Positions 42,514 through 53,594 are shown, counted from the first letter of the stretch. The stretch is DNA of 64,000 nt from Gammaproteobacteria bacterium (GCA_027018875.1 JALUYA010000001.1:13457-77456); one strand, 5' to 3'. Made by a program: numbers and translations. Notes: generated from the sequence alone by a model not told the origin.

Positions 42514-43146
42514 ATGTCGCCAGGCGCGATAACTTATCAGGCCCTGTTTTACCTATTCGCAGCAGGTATTGTGTTTTCTGGATTGCGTGTTATTACTGCT
42601 CGCAATCCTGTCCACTCGGCACTTTTTTTGGTTTTGGCTCTCGTTAATGCAGCGATCTTATGGGTTCAGATGGGTGCCGAATTTTTGGGCATTATTCTTG
42701 TCCTGGTTTACGTTGGCGCGGTCATGGTGATGTTCTTGTTTGTCGTGATGATGCTTGATATCAATGCGGCTACAATGCGCAAGGGTATGACTCGTTATGC
42801 ACCGCTTGGCCTGATTATTTCAGGATTGATCGCCGCCGAGATAGGTTGGGCTTTATGGGGACACTATCTGGGTATAGCCAATACTCCACATACGGCTGTT
42901 GCTCCTGCAGGAATAAGTAATACCGAAGAATTGGGGCGGGCACTTTACACCCATTACATCTATGTATTCGAAATTGCCGCTGTTATTCTGTTATTGGGCA
43001 TCATTTCGGCTATTGTCTTGACTTTGCGTTGGCGTCCGAATACCCGCCGCCAGGATATTAACCAACAGCTACGTGTTCATAAAACTAGTGATCACATGCG
43101 GTTGGTTGACCTCAGAGATAACTCCCGGGGGAGAAAGGAATCATGA
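42514..43146 (+). CDS. nuoJ: NADH-quinone oxidoreductase subunit J
   Basis: Membrane protein of NuoJ size and position. GGAGAG RBS before the ATG at 42514; the listed ORF start at 42454 overlaps nuoI. Confidence 0.85.
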   Translation: MSPGAITYQALFYLFAAGIVFSGLRVITARNPVHSALFLVLALVNAAILWVQMGAEFLGIILVLVYVGAVMVMFLFVVMMLDINAATMRKGMTRYAPLGLIISGLIAAEIGWALWGHYLGIANTPHTAVAPAGISNTEELGRALYTHYIYVFEIAAVILLLGIISAIVLTLRWRPNTRRQDINQQLRVHKTSDHMRLVDLRDNSRGRKES

Positions 43147-43448
43147 TAGGTCTTTATCATTATCTCGGGTTGGGCGCTGTTGTTTTTGCTGTCGCGGTTG
43201 CCGGTATGTTTATTAACCGCAAGAATATGATTCTGCTGTTGATGTGCGTGGAACTTATGTTGTTGGCTGTGAATATCAATTTTATTGCGTTTTCACGATT
43301 CAGCGGGAATATTTCCGGCCAGGTCTTTGTGTTTTTCATTCTGACCGTGGCCGCTGCCGAGGCAGCGGTAGGTTTAGCTATTTTAGTCGTGTTGTTTCGA
43401 AATCGGAACAGCATAAACGTCTCTGAAATTAATCATCTGAAAGGCTGA
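43143..43448 (+). CDS. nuoK: NADH-quinone oxidoreductase subunit K
   Basis: 101-aa, three-helix protein with conserved Glu residues in the helices. Confidence 0.9.
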   Translation: MIGLYHYLGLGAVVFAVAVAGMFINRKNMILLLMCVELMLLAVNINFIAFSRFSGNISGQVFVFFILTVAAAEAAVGLAILVVLFRNRNSINVSEINHLKG

Positions 43449-43452
43449 TAAC

Positions 43453-45405
43453 GTGGAAGCGATTCTTCTTGTCATATTGCTCGGGCCATTGGCGGCATCT
43501 GCGGTTATATTGCTTGGCGGTGAATATTTCGGCCGGCGCGTAGCACATACTTTGGCTATCAGCGCAGTATTTATATCCTTTGTGCTTTCCCTGTATGTGC
43601 TTTATCAAGGCATTTGGGGCGGAATGGGGCGTATAGAGCAAACACTTTACGTCTGGGGATTTGGCGGGCCCTATCAGTTCACTTTGGGGTTCTTGATAGA
43701 TCGTCTCAGCGCTTTGATGATGGCGATCGTGACCTTTGTGTCATTTGCCGTGCATGTTTATACCATTGGCTACATGGCCGATGATTCGGGGTATAAACGA
43801 TTCTTTGGTTATATCGCCTTATTTACCTTTTCCATGCTTTTATTGGTGATGGCAGATAATTTTCTGCAGCTATTTATAGGTTGGGAATTAGTCGGGCTGG
43901 TGTCTTATCTTTTGATTGGGTTCTACCTGAAAAAGGAAAGTGCGATATTTGCCGGTTTGAAGGCATTTATTGTTAATCGGGTTGGCGATTTTGGGTTCTT
44001 TATAGGTATTGCCACGGTTCTTTATTTTGCCGGTTCGTTGAATTATGAGACGGTTTTCTCACAGGCCGGGCTCATTGCAGGCAAGCATATATGGATTACC
44101 AGTCATCTTGCGGTAAGTGGGGCGACATTAATCGGTATTTTGTTGTTTGTCGGTGCTATGGGCAAGTCGGCGCAGATTCCATTGCATATTTGGTTGCCGG
44201 ATTCAATGGAAGGCCCGACTCCTATTTCCGCCTTGATTCATGCGGCTACCATGGTTACCGCTGGCGTTTACATGGTGGCCCGGATGTCGCCCATATATTC
44301 GCATTCGTTGCTGGCCATGACACTGGTTATGGTTGTGGGTGCGAGCGGTGCTTTTTTCCTAGGTTTGGTAGGAATAGTTCAGACGGATATCAAGCGAGTC
44401 ATCGCTTACTCGACAATCTCTCAACTAGGTTATATGACCGCGGCTCTTGGCGCGGGTGCCTATGCAGGCGGAATATTTCATCTTATGACGCATGCCAGTT
44501 TCAAGGCCTTACTGTTCCTTGGGGCCGGATCGGTGATCATTGCGCTGCACCATGAGCAGGACATGCGCAAGATGGGCGGATTGTGGAAGCGAATGCCGAT
44601 TACCTACATAACATTTTGGGCCGGTTCTCTGGCGTTGATCGGATTTCCCGGTTTTGCCGGATATTTCTCCAAGGATGCCATTATCGATGCGATTGCCCAC
44701 AGCGTTACTCCCGGCGCCGGCTATGCATACTGGATGGTATTGCTCGGCGTGCTGGTGACGACACTTTATACATTCCGCATGATTTTCCTCACCTTCCATG
44801 GAAAACCGAGAATGGATGCCCATACCTGGGAGCACGTTAAGGAGTCCCCCTGGGTGGTTACTTTCCCTCTTATTCTTCTAGCCATTCCATCCGTTTTTCT
44901 CGGTGGTATAGCACTCGGGCCTCTTGACTATGGAAATTTCTTCGGCACGTCGATTGTAAACCGTATTGGAGATAATCCCTTGTCACTGGGCGCAGCAGAT
45001 TTTCATGGTGCATGGCAGTTTTTCCTTCAGGGGTTCACCACACCGGCTTTCTATTTGATTCTTACCGGGATAGCCATTACCTGGGTATGTTATATCTGGA
45101 AACCTGGGCTTCCGGCAGCTCTCCGGCGCCGGTTTTGGCCCATTGCTGTTGTACTTGAAAGAAAGTTCTTTTTTGATGAAATATTTATTGGTGGTATTGC
45201 CCGTAGTGGAAGGGAACTCGGGACTTTTCTGTGGCGCTTCATCGACGCGGGAATCATTGATGGTTTGGTTGTCAACGGAACTGCGAGGCTGGTTGGTGCA
45301 AGTTCCCGGGTTATCCGGCGGCTGCAGACAGGGTATCTTTACCACTATGCTTTCGTCATGGTTGTTGGCCTTGCGGTTATGGTCGGCTGGCTAATTTGGC
45401 GTTGA
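43453..45405 (+). CDS. nuoL: NADH-quinone oxidoreductase subunit L
   Basis: 650-aa antiporter-like subunit with a C-terminal lateral helix; GTG start. Confidence 0.9.
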   Translation: MEAILLVILLGPLAASAVILLGGEYFGRRVAHTLAISAVFISFVLSLYVLYQGIWGGMGRIEQTLYVWGFGGPYQFTLGFLIDRLSALMMAIVTFVSFAVHVYTIGYMADDSGYKRFFGYIALFTFSMLLLVMADNFLQLFIGWELVGLVSYLLIGFYLKKESAIFAGLKAFIVNRVGDFGFFIGIATVLYFAGSLNYETVFSQAGLIAGKHIWITSHLAVSGATLIGILLFVGAMGKSAQIPLHIWLPDSMEGPTPISALIHAATMVTAGVYMVARMSPIYSHSLLAMTLVMVVGASGAFFLGLVGIVQTDIKRVIAYSTISQLGYMTAALGAGAYAGGIFHLMTHASFKALLFLGAGSVIIALHHEQDMRKMGGLWKRMPITYITFWAGSLALIGFPGFAGYFSKDAIIDAIAHSVTPGAGYAYWMVLLGVLVTTLYTFRMIFLTFHGKPRMDAHTWEHVKESPWVVTFPLILLAIPSVFLGGIALGPLDYGNFFGTSIVNRIGDNPLSLGAADFHGAWQFFLQGFTTPAFYLILTGIAITWVCYIWKPGLPAALRRRFWPIAVVLERKFFFDEIFIGGIARSGRELGTFLWRFIDAGIIDGLVVNGTARLVGASSRVIRRLQTGYLYHYAFVMVVGLAVMVGWLIWR

Positions 45406-45431
45406 TTTAAAAAAGTATCAAGGGGACGGTT

Positions 45432-46937
45432 TTGCCATACTTGAGTCTTGTAATCTGGATCCCGATTTTGGGTGGGCTTGTTGTTTTTGCGGCAGCGCGT
45501 ATTCCCAAGCTTGATGTTCGTTGGATCGCCCTGTTTTTTGCTGTCCTTGTATTCGGTCTTTCTATTCCGCTTTATACCGAGTTTAATATTCATACTGCGG
45601 CGATGCAGTTTACTGAAAAACTCCCGTGGATTTCGGCTTATCACGTCAATTATTTTCTGGGTGTCGACGGTATAGCGATGCCCATGATTTTACTTACGAC
45701 GTTCACCACGATTCTGGTCGTACTTGCAGGATGGAAGGTGATTCAATATCGCCTGGGGCAATATCTGGCTGCCTTTCTGATCATGGAAGGTTTGATGAAT
45801 GGCGTATTTGCCGCACTGAACGCCATGTTGTTTTACTTGTTCTGGGAAGCCATGCTTATCCCCATGTTCCTCATCATTGGTATTTGGGGAGGGCCGCGGC
45901 GGATTTATGCCGCTATTAAATTCTTTCTTTATACGTTTATCGGGTCGGTATTGATGCTGGTTGCCTTTATCTGGCTATATTTGTATTCAGGTAGCTTCAA
46001 TATTATTGATTTCAGCCATCTTCAACTTACGCCCACAACGCAAATTCTGTTATTTCTTGCCTTTTTTATGGCCTTTGCCGTTAAGGTACCGATGGTTCCA
46101 GTGCATACCTGGTTGCCGGATGCGCATGTGGAAGCACCAACCGGAGGCTCTGTCATTCTGGCTGCGATCATGCTAAAAATGGGGGCGTATGGTTTTCTGC
46201 GCTTCAGCCTGCCGGTTACCCCTTGGGCCAGCATGCGACTGCAATGGCTCATGATGGGGCTTTCCTTGGTGGCAATTATTTACATCGGGTTGGTTGCCCT
46301 GATGCAGAAAGACATGAAGAAATTAATCGCTTATTCCTCTATTACCCACATGGGATTTGTCACGCTGGGGTTTTTCTCGGTATTCATGATTTGGGCAAAT
46401 ACGCATAGCCTGGATGCCGGGAGATTGGCCGTTGAAGGCGGCTTGGTCCAAATGATTTCCCATGGGTTGGTCTCCGGCGCGCTTTTCCTTTGTGTCGGTG
46501 TGTTGTACGAGCGGATGCATACGCGTGCTATTGGTGAATATGGTGGCGTCATCAATACCATGCCCAAGTTTGGTTATTTTTTCTTGTTTTTTGCACTGGC
46601 AAATTCCGGTCTTCCTTTTACTTCCGGTTTCGTTGGCGAGTTCATGGTGACTCTTGGTGTATTTCATGCTAATTTTTGGATAGCCGTTTTAGCTGCTGTG
46701 GCCTTGATCACGGCGGCAAGCTATTCCTTATGGCTGGTAAAGCGTGTGGTTTTTGGAAAAGTTACCAGTAGCCGGGTGGCTGCATTGAAAATTATCTCTC
46801 CTCGCGAAATATTGATTTTAGCTTTGTTGGTGCTTCCAACCTTGCTGATTGGGATATACCCCGAGATCATCTTACGCGTCATGCACGCTTCGGTTACGCA
46901 CCTGCTGTTACAGGTTGTGCCGGCAGCGATGGGTTAA
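45432..46937 (+). CDS. nuoM: NADH-quinone oxidoreductase subunit M
   Basis: 501-aa antiporter-like subunit; likely TTG start after a GGGGA RBS. Confidence 0.9.
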   Translation: MPYLSLVIWIPILGGLVVFAAARIPKLDVRWIALFFAVLVFGLSIPLYTEFNIHTAAMQFTEKLPWISAYHVNYFLGVDGIAMPMILLTTFTTILVVLAGWKVIQYRLGQYLAAFLIMEGLMNGVFAALNAMLFYLFWEAMLIPMFLIIGIWGGPRRIYAAIKFFLYTFIGSVLMLVAFIWLYLYSGSFNIIDFSHLQLTPTTQILLFLAFFMAFAVKVPMVPVHTWLPDAHVEAPTGGSVILAAIMLKMGAYGFLRFSLPVTPWASMRLQWLMMGLSLVAIIYIGLVALMQKDMKKLIAYSSITHMGFVTLGFFSVFMIWANTHSLDAGRLAVEGGLVQMISHGLVSGALFLCVGVLYERMHTRAIGEYGGVINTMPKFGYFFLFFALANSGLPFTSGFVGEFMVTLGVFHANFWIAVLAAVALITAASYSLWLVKRVVFGKVTSSRVAALKIISPREILILALLVLPTLLIGIYPEIILRVMHASVTHLLLQVVPAAMG

Positions 46938-46945
46938 GGAATAAA

Positions 46946-48391
46946 ATGATGTCTCTAACTGCTACCGACTATATTGCAGCATTACCTCAAATTTTCTTGT
47001 TGGGGATGGTTTGTGTTCTCCTCATGTTTGCCGTTTTCGTTAAAAATGGACGTGACGAGGTGCTGCATTACGGCTCACTAGGGACTCTGGCCGCACTCGC
47101 GATCATAACCGGTGAGTTATTACGAGGGCACTCTATTATTGCCTTCAATGGCATGTTGATCCAGGACGCAATGGGCGATGTGCTGATGCTTTTCGCTTAC
47201 GCGATAACGGCGGCTATTTTTGTTTATGCACGAGGCTATCTTAAAGATAGAAATTTGCTTTCGGGTGAATTCTATATTTTGACTTTATTGGCCTTACTCG
47301 GTGCCATGATCGTGATTCAGGGTTATAACCTTATCACGTTGTATATGGGCATAGAACTGATGGCGCTCAGCCTTTATACGCTTGTTGCTTTATCGCGTGA
47401 GGATTCGAGAGCCTCGGAAGCGGCAATGAAGTTCTTTATTCTTGGCGCGATCTCTTCGGGCACCTTGTTATTTGGTATGTCGCTTATTTATGGTCTTACG
47501 GGGACGCTGAATATTGGCATTTTGGGGGCAAAACTTGCCGCAACTCCGGCACCGGGACTTGGTGTATGGATTGGCCTCGGGTTTGTGGTTGTTTCCATGG
47601 CCTTTGAGTTGGGAGCGGTCCCATTTCATATGTGGGTTCCGGACGTTTACGAGGGAGCCCCTTCCGGCATGGCGATTTTTGTCGGCTCCGTTCCCAAGTT
47701 GGCCGGTTTCGCCTTTTTCATGCGTTTGCTGGCCGAGGGCCTTGGTGATCTGCACGGAGGATGGTTATGGTTGTTGACGGCACTGGCTGTGGGGTCTCTT
47801 TTCATTGGGGCAGTGGTGGCCATTGCCCAAACCAATATAAAACGTATGCTGGCCTATTCAACAATCAACCATGCCGGGTTTATTCTCTTGGGAATTCTTG
47901 CCGGGACCGCTGAAGGTTATCGAGCGGCGATGTTCTACGTTATCGCCTATGTGATTATGTTTGCCGGCGCTTTTGGCATCATTATGTTGCTATCTCGTGC
48001 CGGATTTGATGTTGAGAAGATTGAAGATCTGCGGGGTCTGAATGAACGTAGCCCGTGGTTTGCGTTTGTGATGCTGATGATCATGTTTTCAATGGCCGGT
48101 GCCCCCCCGTTTCTCGGATTTTTCGCCAAGGTGGAGGTGATCAAGGCGGTTCTAGATATCAATATGACTTGGCTGGCGGTATTTTCGGTAGTGATGGCGG
48201 TAATCGCGGCTTTCTACTATCTGCGCATTGTTCGTTTAATGTATTTCGATCGTGCGGATCCGGATGCACCGGGAATTATCGCTACGCCTGATTTTAAACT
48301 ACTGCTCAGTGTCAATGGCTTAGTGTTGTTGGGGCTCGGAATATTTCCCGGTGGCCTATTGGCCTTATGCAAGGCGGTAATTGGATTTTAA
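46946..48391 (+). CDS. nuoN: NADH-quinone oxidoreductase subunit N
   Basis: 481-aa antiporter-like subunit; last gene of the operon. Confidence 0.9.
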   Translation: MMSLTATDYIAALPQIFLLGMVCVLLMFAVFVKNGRDEVLHYGSLGTLAALAIITGELLRGHSIIAFNGMLIQDAMGDVLMLFAYAITAAIFVYARGYLKDRNLLSGEFYILTLLALLGAMIVIQGYNLITLYMGIELMALSLYTLVALSREDSRASEAAMKFFILGAISSGTLLFGMSLIYGLTGTLNIGILGAKLAATPAPGLGVWIGLGFVVVSMAFELGAVPFHMWVPDVYEGAPSGMAIFVGSVPKLAGFAFFMRLLAEGLGDLHGGWLWLLTALAVGSLFIGAVVAIAQTNIKRMLAYSTINHAGFILLGILAGTAEGYRAAMFYVIAYVIMFAGAFGIIMLLSRAGFDVEKIEDLRGLNERSPWFAFVMLMIMFSMAGAPPFLGFFAKVEVIKAVLDINMTWLAVFSVVMAVIAAFYYLRIVRLMYFDRADPDAPGIIATPDFKLLLSVNGLVLLGLGIFPGGLLALCKAVIGF

Positions 48392-48504
48392 TTGGCGGTG
48401 GTGGAGTTCATGAACATCCAACACCTGGGTGTAGAATCGGAGATGTCTAAGGCAGAGCTCAACGCCGCTTCAGATCGGGGGCGCTGCTCGAGTACAAGTG
48501 GCTT

Positions 48505-50793
48505 TTACCGAGGTTGTTCAATTCGGGCTGGATAGTCGGTAGCCGCCAGTGCAGTGAGATTATAGATAGCCCGTTCGTCGGCTGATGGAGTCAATATATG
48601 GGCCGGTCTGTCGGCACCAAGTAAAATGGGCCCGACCTGCTCTGCATCACTGAGAACCTTGGCTAGATTCATGGCAATATTAGCCGCCTCTAGTGAGGGT
48701 AAAATTAGTAGATTTGCCTTTCCGTGAAGTAGGGAATTTGGGAATACGTGTTCACGGATGCTTTCCGACAGGGCGGCATCGGCATGCATTTCGCCTTCGA
48801 CTTCCAACTCCGGGGCACGTTCGTGGATCAACTCCAAGGCCTCACGCATACGCTCTGCATCCGGGAGCCTGGAGCTGCCAAAGTTGGAAAATGATAACAA
48901 GGCAATCTTGGGCTCGATCCCGAACCGTTTTAACACTTCGGCGGACATTTCCGTAACCTCGGCGATTTCCAGTGGACTGGGAGTCGGCTTGACGTAGGTA
49001 TCGGCGAAGAACAATGGGCCGGAGGGGAGAATCAGCCCGGATAGGGCAGCGAACCCGCTGATGCCCTTGCGGGTGCCCAGAATCTCTTCAATATAACGCA
49101 GGTGATCAACAAATCGGCCGATGGAGCCGCAAATCATGGCATCGGCTTCTCCGCGGCGAACCATCATGGCCGCGATCGCACTGGGTTGGGTACGCATGAT
49201 AAAGCGGGCCAGTTCGGGGGTTATGCCATGGCGCTCACGTAGGGCGTGATACTGCGCCCAGTATGCAGAATATCGAGAGTCGCTATTGGGGTTGACCAGC
49301 TCAAAATCTTGCTCCGGCTTGAGGTTGACGTGATGATGTCGCAGCCGGTAGTCGATTACTTCCGGGCGGCCGATGAGGATCGGATAGATGAGCTTTTCAT
49401 GCACCAGGTCACCGACCGCCCGGAGAATGGTTGTTTCTTCGCCTTCGGCAAAGACAACACGGCGTATTTTACGCCTGGCCCCGGCAAAAATTGGGCGCAT
49501 GACCAGGCCCGAGCGGTAGACCAGCGTTTCCAGATGGTGTCGGTATCCGTCGAGATTGTCGATAGGTCGCCGGGCGACACCCGATTCCATTGCGGCGCGG
49601 GCCACGGCCGGGGCAATTTGGCTGATCAGACGCGGATCGAAGGGCTTGGGAATCAGGTAGCCGGGCCCGAACTGAAGTTCTTCAAGTCCGTAGGTCGTTA
49701 GTACCAATTGGGGCAACGGTTTAAGCGCCAGATCGGAGATCGCCTTGACGGCGGCACGTTTCATTGCCTCATTGATTGCCGTGGCTCCGACGTCGAGTGC
49801 ACCACGAAATACATAGGGGAAACAGAGTACATTGTTGACCTGGTTTGGATAGTCCGATCGACCGGTCGCCAGGATGGCATCGGGGCGTATCCGCTGGATT
49901 TCCTCCGGCGGGATCTCCGGGGTCGGATTCGCAAGTACGAACACCAGCGGGCGGGGTGCCATTTCTTTTAGCCACTCGGCCCGGATCGAGCCTGGGGCGG
50001 AAAGACCGAGGACGATATCGGCGTCTTTCAGTGCCTGCTCCAGCGTCAGCGAGGAATCGTCGATCGCATACGTCGCTTTGTAGGGATCCATGCCTTCTTT
50101 ACGGTTGCAGTGGACGATTCCGTACAGGTCCGATACTATAATCTGCTCCTTTGGCAGTCCGAGATTGACCAGCTGATCAAGGCAGGCGAGGGCCGCCGCA
50201 CCGGCCCCGACACAAACGAGCCGAACTCGATCCCATGTTTTATCGGTGACCCGCAAGCCATTGACTACAGCGGAAGCCACAATGATCGCCGTGCCATGTT
50301 GGTCGTCGTGAAAGACCGGAATCCGCATCCTTTCCTTTAGCCGGCGCTCGACTTCAAAGCATTCGGGCGCCTTGATGTCTTCGAGATTGATTCCGCCGAA
50401 GGTGGGTTCCAGCGAGGCGATAATTTCGATCAGCCGTCCGGGGTTTAACTCGTCTATCTCCAGGTCGATCGCATCGATATCGGCAAACTTTTTGAACAGT
50501 ACCGCCTTGCCTTCCATGACGGGTTTTGCCGCGAGGGGGCCGATAGCACCCAGTCCAAGTACGGCGGTTCCATTGGTGATGACACCTACCCGATTGGCTC
50601 TCCCGGTGAGCAAGTCGGCCTGAAGAGGGTCGTCATGTATGGCCTCGCTAACATAACCGACACCCGGAGAATAGGCGAGGGCCAGATCCCGCGGGCCGGC
50701 AAGTCTGCGGGTTGAATGGATGGCCAGCTTCCCCGCCCGCTCCCCCCGATGATATCCCAGGGCACGTTGCTTGAAATCATTCTCCATGGTCAT
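48505..50793 (-). CDS. maeB: NADP-dependent malic enzyme MaeB (malic enzyme fused to phosphotransacetylase-like domain)
   Basis: N-terminal malic enzyme domain ([21 protein letters not shown]) and a C-terminal PTA-like domain; 762 aa. Confidence 0.9.
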   Translation of the reverse strand: MTMENDFKQRALGYHRGERAGKLAIHSTRRLAGPRDLALAYSPGVGYVSEAIHDDPLQADLLTGRANRVGVITNGTAVLGLGAIGPLAAKPVMEGKAVLFKKFADIDAIDLEIDELNPGRLIEIIASLEPTFGGINLEDIKAPECFEVERRLKERMRIPVFHDDQHGTAIIVASAVVNGLRVTDKTWDRVRLVCVGAGAAALACLDQLVNLGLPKEQIIVSDLYGIVHCNRKEGMDPYKATYAIDDSSLTLEQALKDADIVLGLSAPGSIRAEWLKEMAPRPLVFVLANPTPEIPPEEIQRIRPDAILATGRSDYPNQVNNVLCFPYVFRGALDVGATAINEAMKRAAVKAISDLALKPLPQLVLTTYGLEELQFGPGYLIPKPFDPRLISQIAPAVARAAMESGVARRPIDNLDGYRHHLETLVYRSGLVMRPIFAGARRKIRRVVFAEGEETTILRAVGDLVHEKLIYPILIGRPEVIDYRLRHHHVNLKPEQDFELVNPNSDSRYSAYWAQYHALRERHGITPELARFIMRTQPSAIAAMMVRRGEADAMICGSIGRFVDHLRYIEEILGTRKGISGFAALSGLILPSGPLFFADTYVKPTPSPLEIAEVTEMSAEVLKRFGIEPKIALLSFSNFGSSRLPDAERMREALELIHERAPELEVEGEMHADAALSESIREHVFPNSLLHGKANLLILPSLEAANIAMNLAKVLSDAEQVGPILLGADRPAHILTPSADERAIYNLTALAATDYPARIEQPR

Positions 50794-50874
50794 CGGTTTA
50801 TTCCTTGAAAATCGTCCGTTTGGGTGACATACGCTGAGATGGTTGCAGCCGCAAAAGGGGGGTTACTCATGCAA

Positions 50875-51603
50875 TCAGATCGAGCTGAGGTGGATAAGCG
50901 CTGGAATGTCATTCAGCCACAATTCCTTTTGTTTTATTCCGATCAGGCCTTCGGTTTGGAGACGGGAAAAGGCCCGGCTCACGGTTTCCGAGGTGATATT
51001 CAGATAGTTGGCAATATCGCTACGCATCATGGGCAGAAAAAAATGTGTTGCCGATTGTCCCCGTTCATGCAGCCTACGGGAGAAATCAAGTAGAAACCAT
51101 ACGACACGTTCCTTAGCCGGGCGTTCAAGAACGGCTCGACGCGAGGCATTGATCTCTTGGCTCATCAGACGTAGCAAGGATTTTTGTAGATCCGGGAACC
51201 GACGGGCGGAATCCAGCAAAGCGTCAAATGAAAATCGACATGCGGTGGCCGTCCCCAGAGCAACCGCACAGGAGAAATACCGATTCGAGGCGATGCCGTC
51301 GAGGCCCACCAACTCGCCTGGTAGATGGAATCCCAGCACTCGTTGCAACCCGTCCCCATTCAGGGTATAGGTTTTGAAGACACCGGAACGGACCGCGTAC
51401 ACGGCCGAAAATGGATCCCCCTCCCGGTAGAGGTGATCGTCCTCGTGTAATACCGCACCAAATCGGGCAATTGTGTCGATTTCATGGAGTTTTTCCGGCT
51501 GCATGAGGGAGGGGATACATAGTTTAACGTTGCCACACAGGCTGCAACTGTGCGGGAATCTCCGCATTGACTCGCAACCCTTGCATGCAGCCTTGGCGCT
51601 CAT
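50875..51603 (-). CDS. fnr: FNR/ANR-type oxygen-sensing transcriptional regulator (second paralog)
   Basis: SCSLCGNVKLCIP (C-X2-C-X5-C-IP, as in E. coli CQDCSISQLCIP), central YFSCAVALG Cys, cNMP-binding fold, C-terminal HTH RSDIANYLNITSETVSRAF. Directly downstream of hemN. Start is either ATG 51603 or TTG 51645. Confidence 0.85.
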   Translation of the reverse strand: MSAKAACKGCESMRRFPHSCSLCGNVKLCIPSLMQPEKLHEIDTIARFGAVLHEDDHLYREGDPFSAVYAVRSGVFKTYTLNGDGLQRVLGFHLPGELVGLDGIASNRYFSCAVALGTATACRFSFDALLDSARRFPDLQKSLLRLMSQEINASRRAVLERPAKERVVWFLLDFSRRLHERGQSATHFFLPMMRSDIANYLNITSETVSRAFSRLQTEGLIGIKQKELWLNDIPALIHLSSI

Positions 51604-51680
51604 AGCCTTTTGTTTCCCCCATGTCAAGGAAAAAACCAACCCCAACGAAGGCTGATTTATTATAGCGCCTTAAAGGAAAC

Positions 51681-53087
51681 TCAGATAACCCGTGAGTGAA
51701 GTGTGCTTACGACTTTGTCGCTGGCTCTTGTACTACTGTGGGTATCGAAGACCATGGCAATGACCCGGAGCAATAGTCGGCCTCGACGGGTAATCCGAAA
51801 ACTCCCGCGAAGAAGGCCGTCGATCAGGCCGTCAGCCTCGAGTTTCGAGAGTGCCTGGAGTTCGGTGGCAAAGTAGCGCATGGCGTCAATTTCGTAATGT
51901 TCGGTTATCCGTGTAAGATCGATCTCGTCCTGGCACATTATGGCCTGGATGATGCTGCGCCGTATCAGGTCATCCCGGCTGAGCCGGTAGCCACGCTCGA
52001 TTGCCAGGGTTCCTGAATCAATGGCCTGGTAATAGGCAGTGAGGGTCTTGGCGTTTTGGGCGTAAACATCATCAACCGAGCTGATAGCACTCATGCCGAG
52101 GCCGAGAAGATCCCGGTAGGGTCCGACCGCATAGCCCTGAAAGTTTCGAATCAAATGCCCTTCACGCCGGGCACGGGCCAATTCATCACCGGGTAGGGCA
52201 AAATGATCCATACCGATATATTCGTAGCCTGCCGCGCCAAGCTGCTCGATGGCGTTTGTGATGAGTGCCAGCCGCTTTTCCCCCTGCGGCAGATCCGCTT
52301 CCGGGAGCATACGCTGGGACTTGAATAGCTGTGGCAAGTGCGCATACCCATATAGCGCCAGGCGATCCGGCGCGATATCTACAATTTGTTCCAGGGTGTG
52401 GCGAAACCGCGGTGGGTTCTGGCGAGGAAGCCCGTAGATTAAATCGAAGTTGATTGAACCGACCCCCGCCGCACGAGCGGCACGGGTCAGCGCTGCCACC
52501 TGCTTGGCAGGGAGAATGCGATTGACCGCAGCCTGCACTTCAGGGTCGAGATCCTGTACCCCGAAGCTCATGCGCTTGAACCCCATTGCCGCAAGGGCGC
52601 TGATATCATCAACCGTCACGCTACGAGGATCTATTTCAATAGACCAGACCTGGTCGCCTTCTCGATCTAGCGGTAGCCGTTGCCCCAGAGAATTGATGAA
52701 TTCAGCGAGTGCAGCAGGGGAGACAAAGCTTGGAGTGCCTCCTCCCAGGTGTAATTCCCGAATCGTTCTGGATGGATCGAGTAAAGGCGCGATTCGTGCA
52801 CTTTCTTCGAGTACGCGTTCAAGGTAAGGCCCGGCTTTTTCCGTATGCGGGGTAACGATTTTGGTACAGCCACAGTAATAGCAGAGCGTGTGACAAAAGG
52901 GGATATGGATATAGAGTCCCAGCGCCGAAGGGATTAAATCCTCATTGGAACGGTTGATAGCGGCCTTGAATTGATCTATGCCCGTGGCGCGATCAAATGA
53001 TGCCGCGGACGGGTAGGAGGTATAACGGGGGCCTCGGCGGTCATAGCGGCGGACGAGGTCGGAATCAAGAGTGGGCATGGCCGTCAC
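51681..53087 (-). CDS. hemN: oxygen-independent coproporphyrinogen III oxidase HemN (radical SAM)
   Basis: Radical SAM motif CHTLCYYCGC after YIHIPF, and the HemN C-terminal domain; 468 aa. Confidence 0.9.
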   Translation of the reverse strand: MTAMPTLDSDLVRRYDRRGPRYTSYPSAASFDRATGIDQFKAAINRSNEDLIPSALGLYIHIPFCHTLCYYCGCTKIVTPHTEKAGPYLERVLEESARIAPLLDPSRTIRELHLGGGTPSFVSPAALAEFINSLGQRLPLDREGDQVWSIEIDPRSVTVDDISALAAMGFKRMSFGVQDLDPEVQAAVNRILPAKQVAALTRAARAAGVGSINFDLIYGLPRQNPPRFRHTLEQIVDIAPDRLALYGYAHLPQLFKSQRMLPEADLPQGEKRLALITNAIEQLGAAGYEYIGMDHFALPGDELARARREGHLIRNFQGYAVGPYRDLLGLGMSAISSVDDVYAQNAKTLTAYYQAIDSGTLAIERGYRLSRDDLIRRSIIQAIMCQDEIDLTRITEHYEIDAMRYFATELQALSKLEADGLIDGLLRGSFRITRRGRLLLRVIAMVFDTHSSTRASDKVVSTLHSRVI

Positions 53088-53155
53088 GGTAGGGAGTCCC
53101 TTCGGAGGCCCGAAGTATGGCCGCTATCGATCCGCATAATGATAATCCGGGCCAA

Positions 53156-53198
53156 CGGGCGAATAAAAAGGCCTGTGGGGGAAATGCTCCCCCACAGG
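53156..53198 (-). terminator. Rho-independent terminator downstream of the cytochrome c gene (minus strand)
   Basis: Perfect 12-bp stem GGCCTGTGGGGG/CCCCCACAGGCC with a 7-nt loop. On the minus strand it is followed by TTTTTATT. Confidence 0.7.
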
Positions 53199-53219
53199 CC
53201 GATACAGGGCCTTGAGCCA

Positions 53220-53594
53220 TCAGGATTTCGGTGGTTTAACCGGCGGCTGCTTCAGAATCCAGGCGGCAATCGCATCCACCTGCTTCCTGCTGATGTTCGG
53301 ATGCGCAGGCATCGGAATGCCTCCGGTCCACTTTGACCAGTAGCCCGTGCCGCCATTAATGATGAACTTGGCGACCGCCTGGACCGCTTTTTGATGGTTC
53401 TCTCCCTTGTAGCGATACGCCACCCAGCCCCAGGCCGGGCCGAGTACCTTGTTGCTCTCGGCATGGCAGGCCGTGCACCCACGATTGCTCATCATGCTCG
53501 AGATGCTCGCAGCACTCGCCGCCGGCGCGGCGGCAAGTCCTATACCCCCTGCAGCGGCAAGAATCAAAGCGGGGGTAATGAATTTAATCCGCAT
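53220..53594 (-). CDS. periplasmic monohaem cytochrome c, class I (c551/c552 family)
   Basis: Signal peptide MRIKFITPALILAAAGGIGLAAAPAASA. CTACH haem site. GPAWGWVA...INGGTGYW...IPMPAH...AWIL pattern parallels Pseudomonas cytochrome c551 (GCVACH...GPA...NG..G.WG.IPMP...WVL). AGGAG RBS. Confidence 0.85.
   Translation of the reverse strand: MRIKFITPALILAAAGGIGLAAAPAASAASISSMMSNRGCTACHAESNKVLGPAWGWVAYRYKGENHQKAVQAVAKFIINGGTGYWSKWTGGIPMPAHPNISRKQVDAIAAWILKQPPVKPPKS

Noticed and set aside
48392-48504. Possible terminator between nuoN and the maeB 3' end
   Set aside because: Only weak 4-bp stems (CCGA/TCGG) without a convincing U-run.
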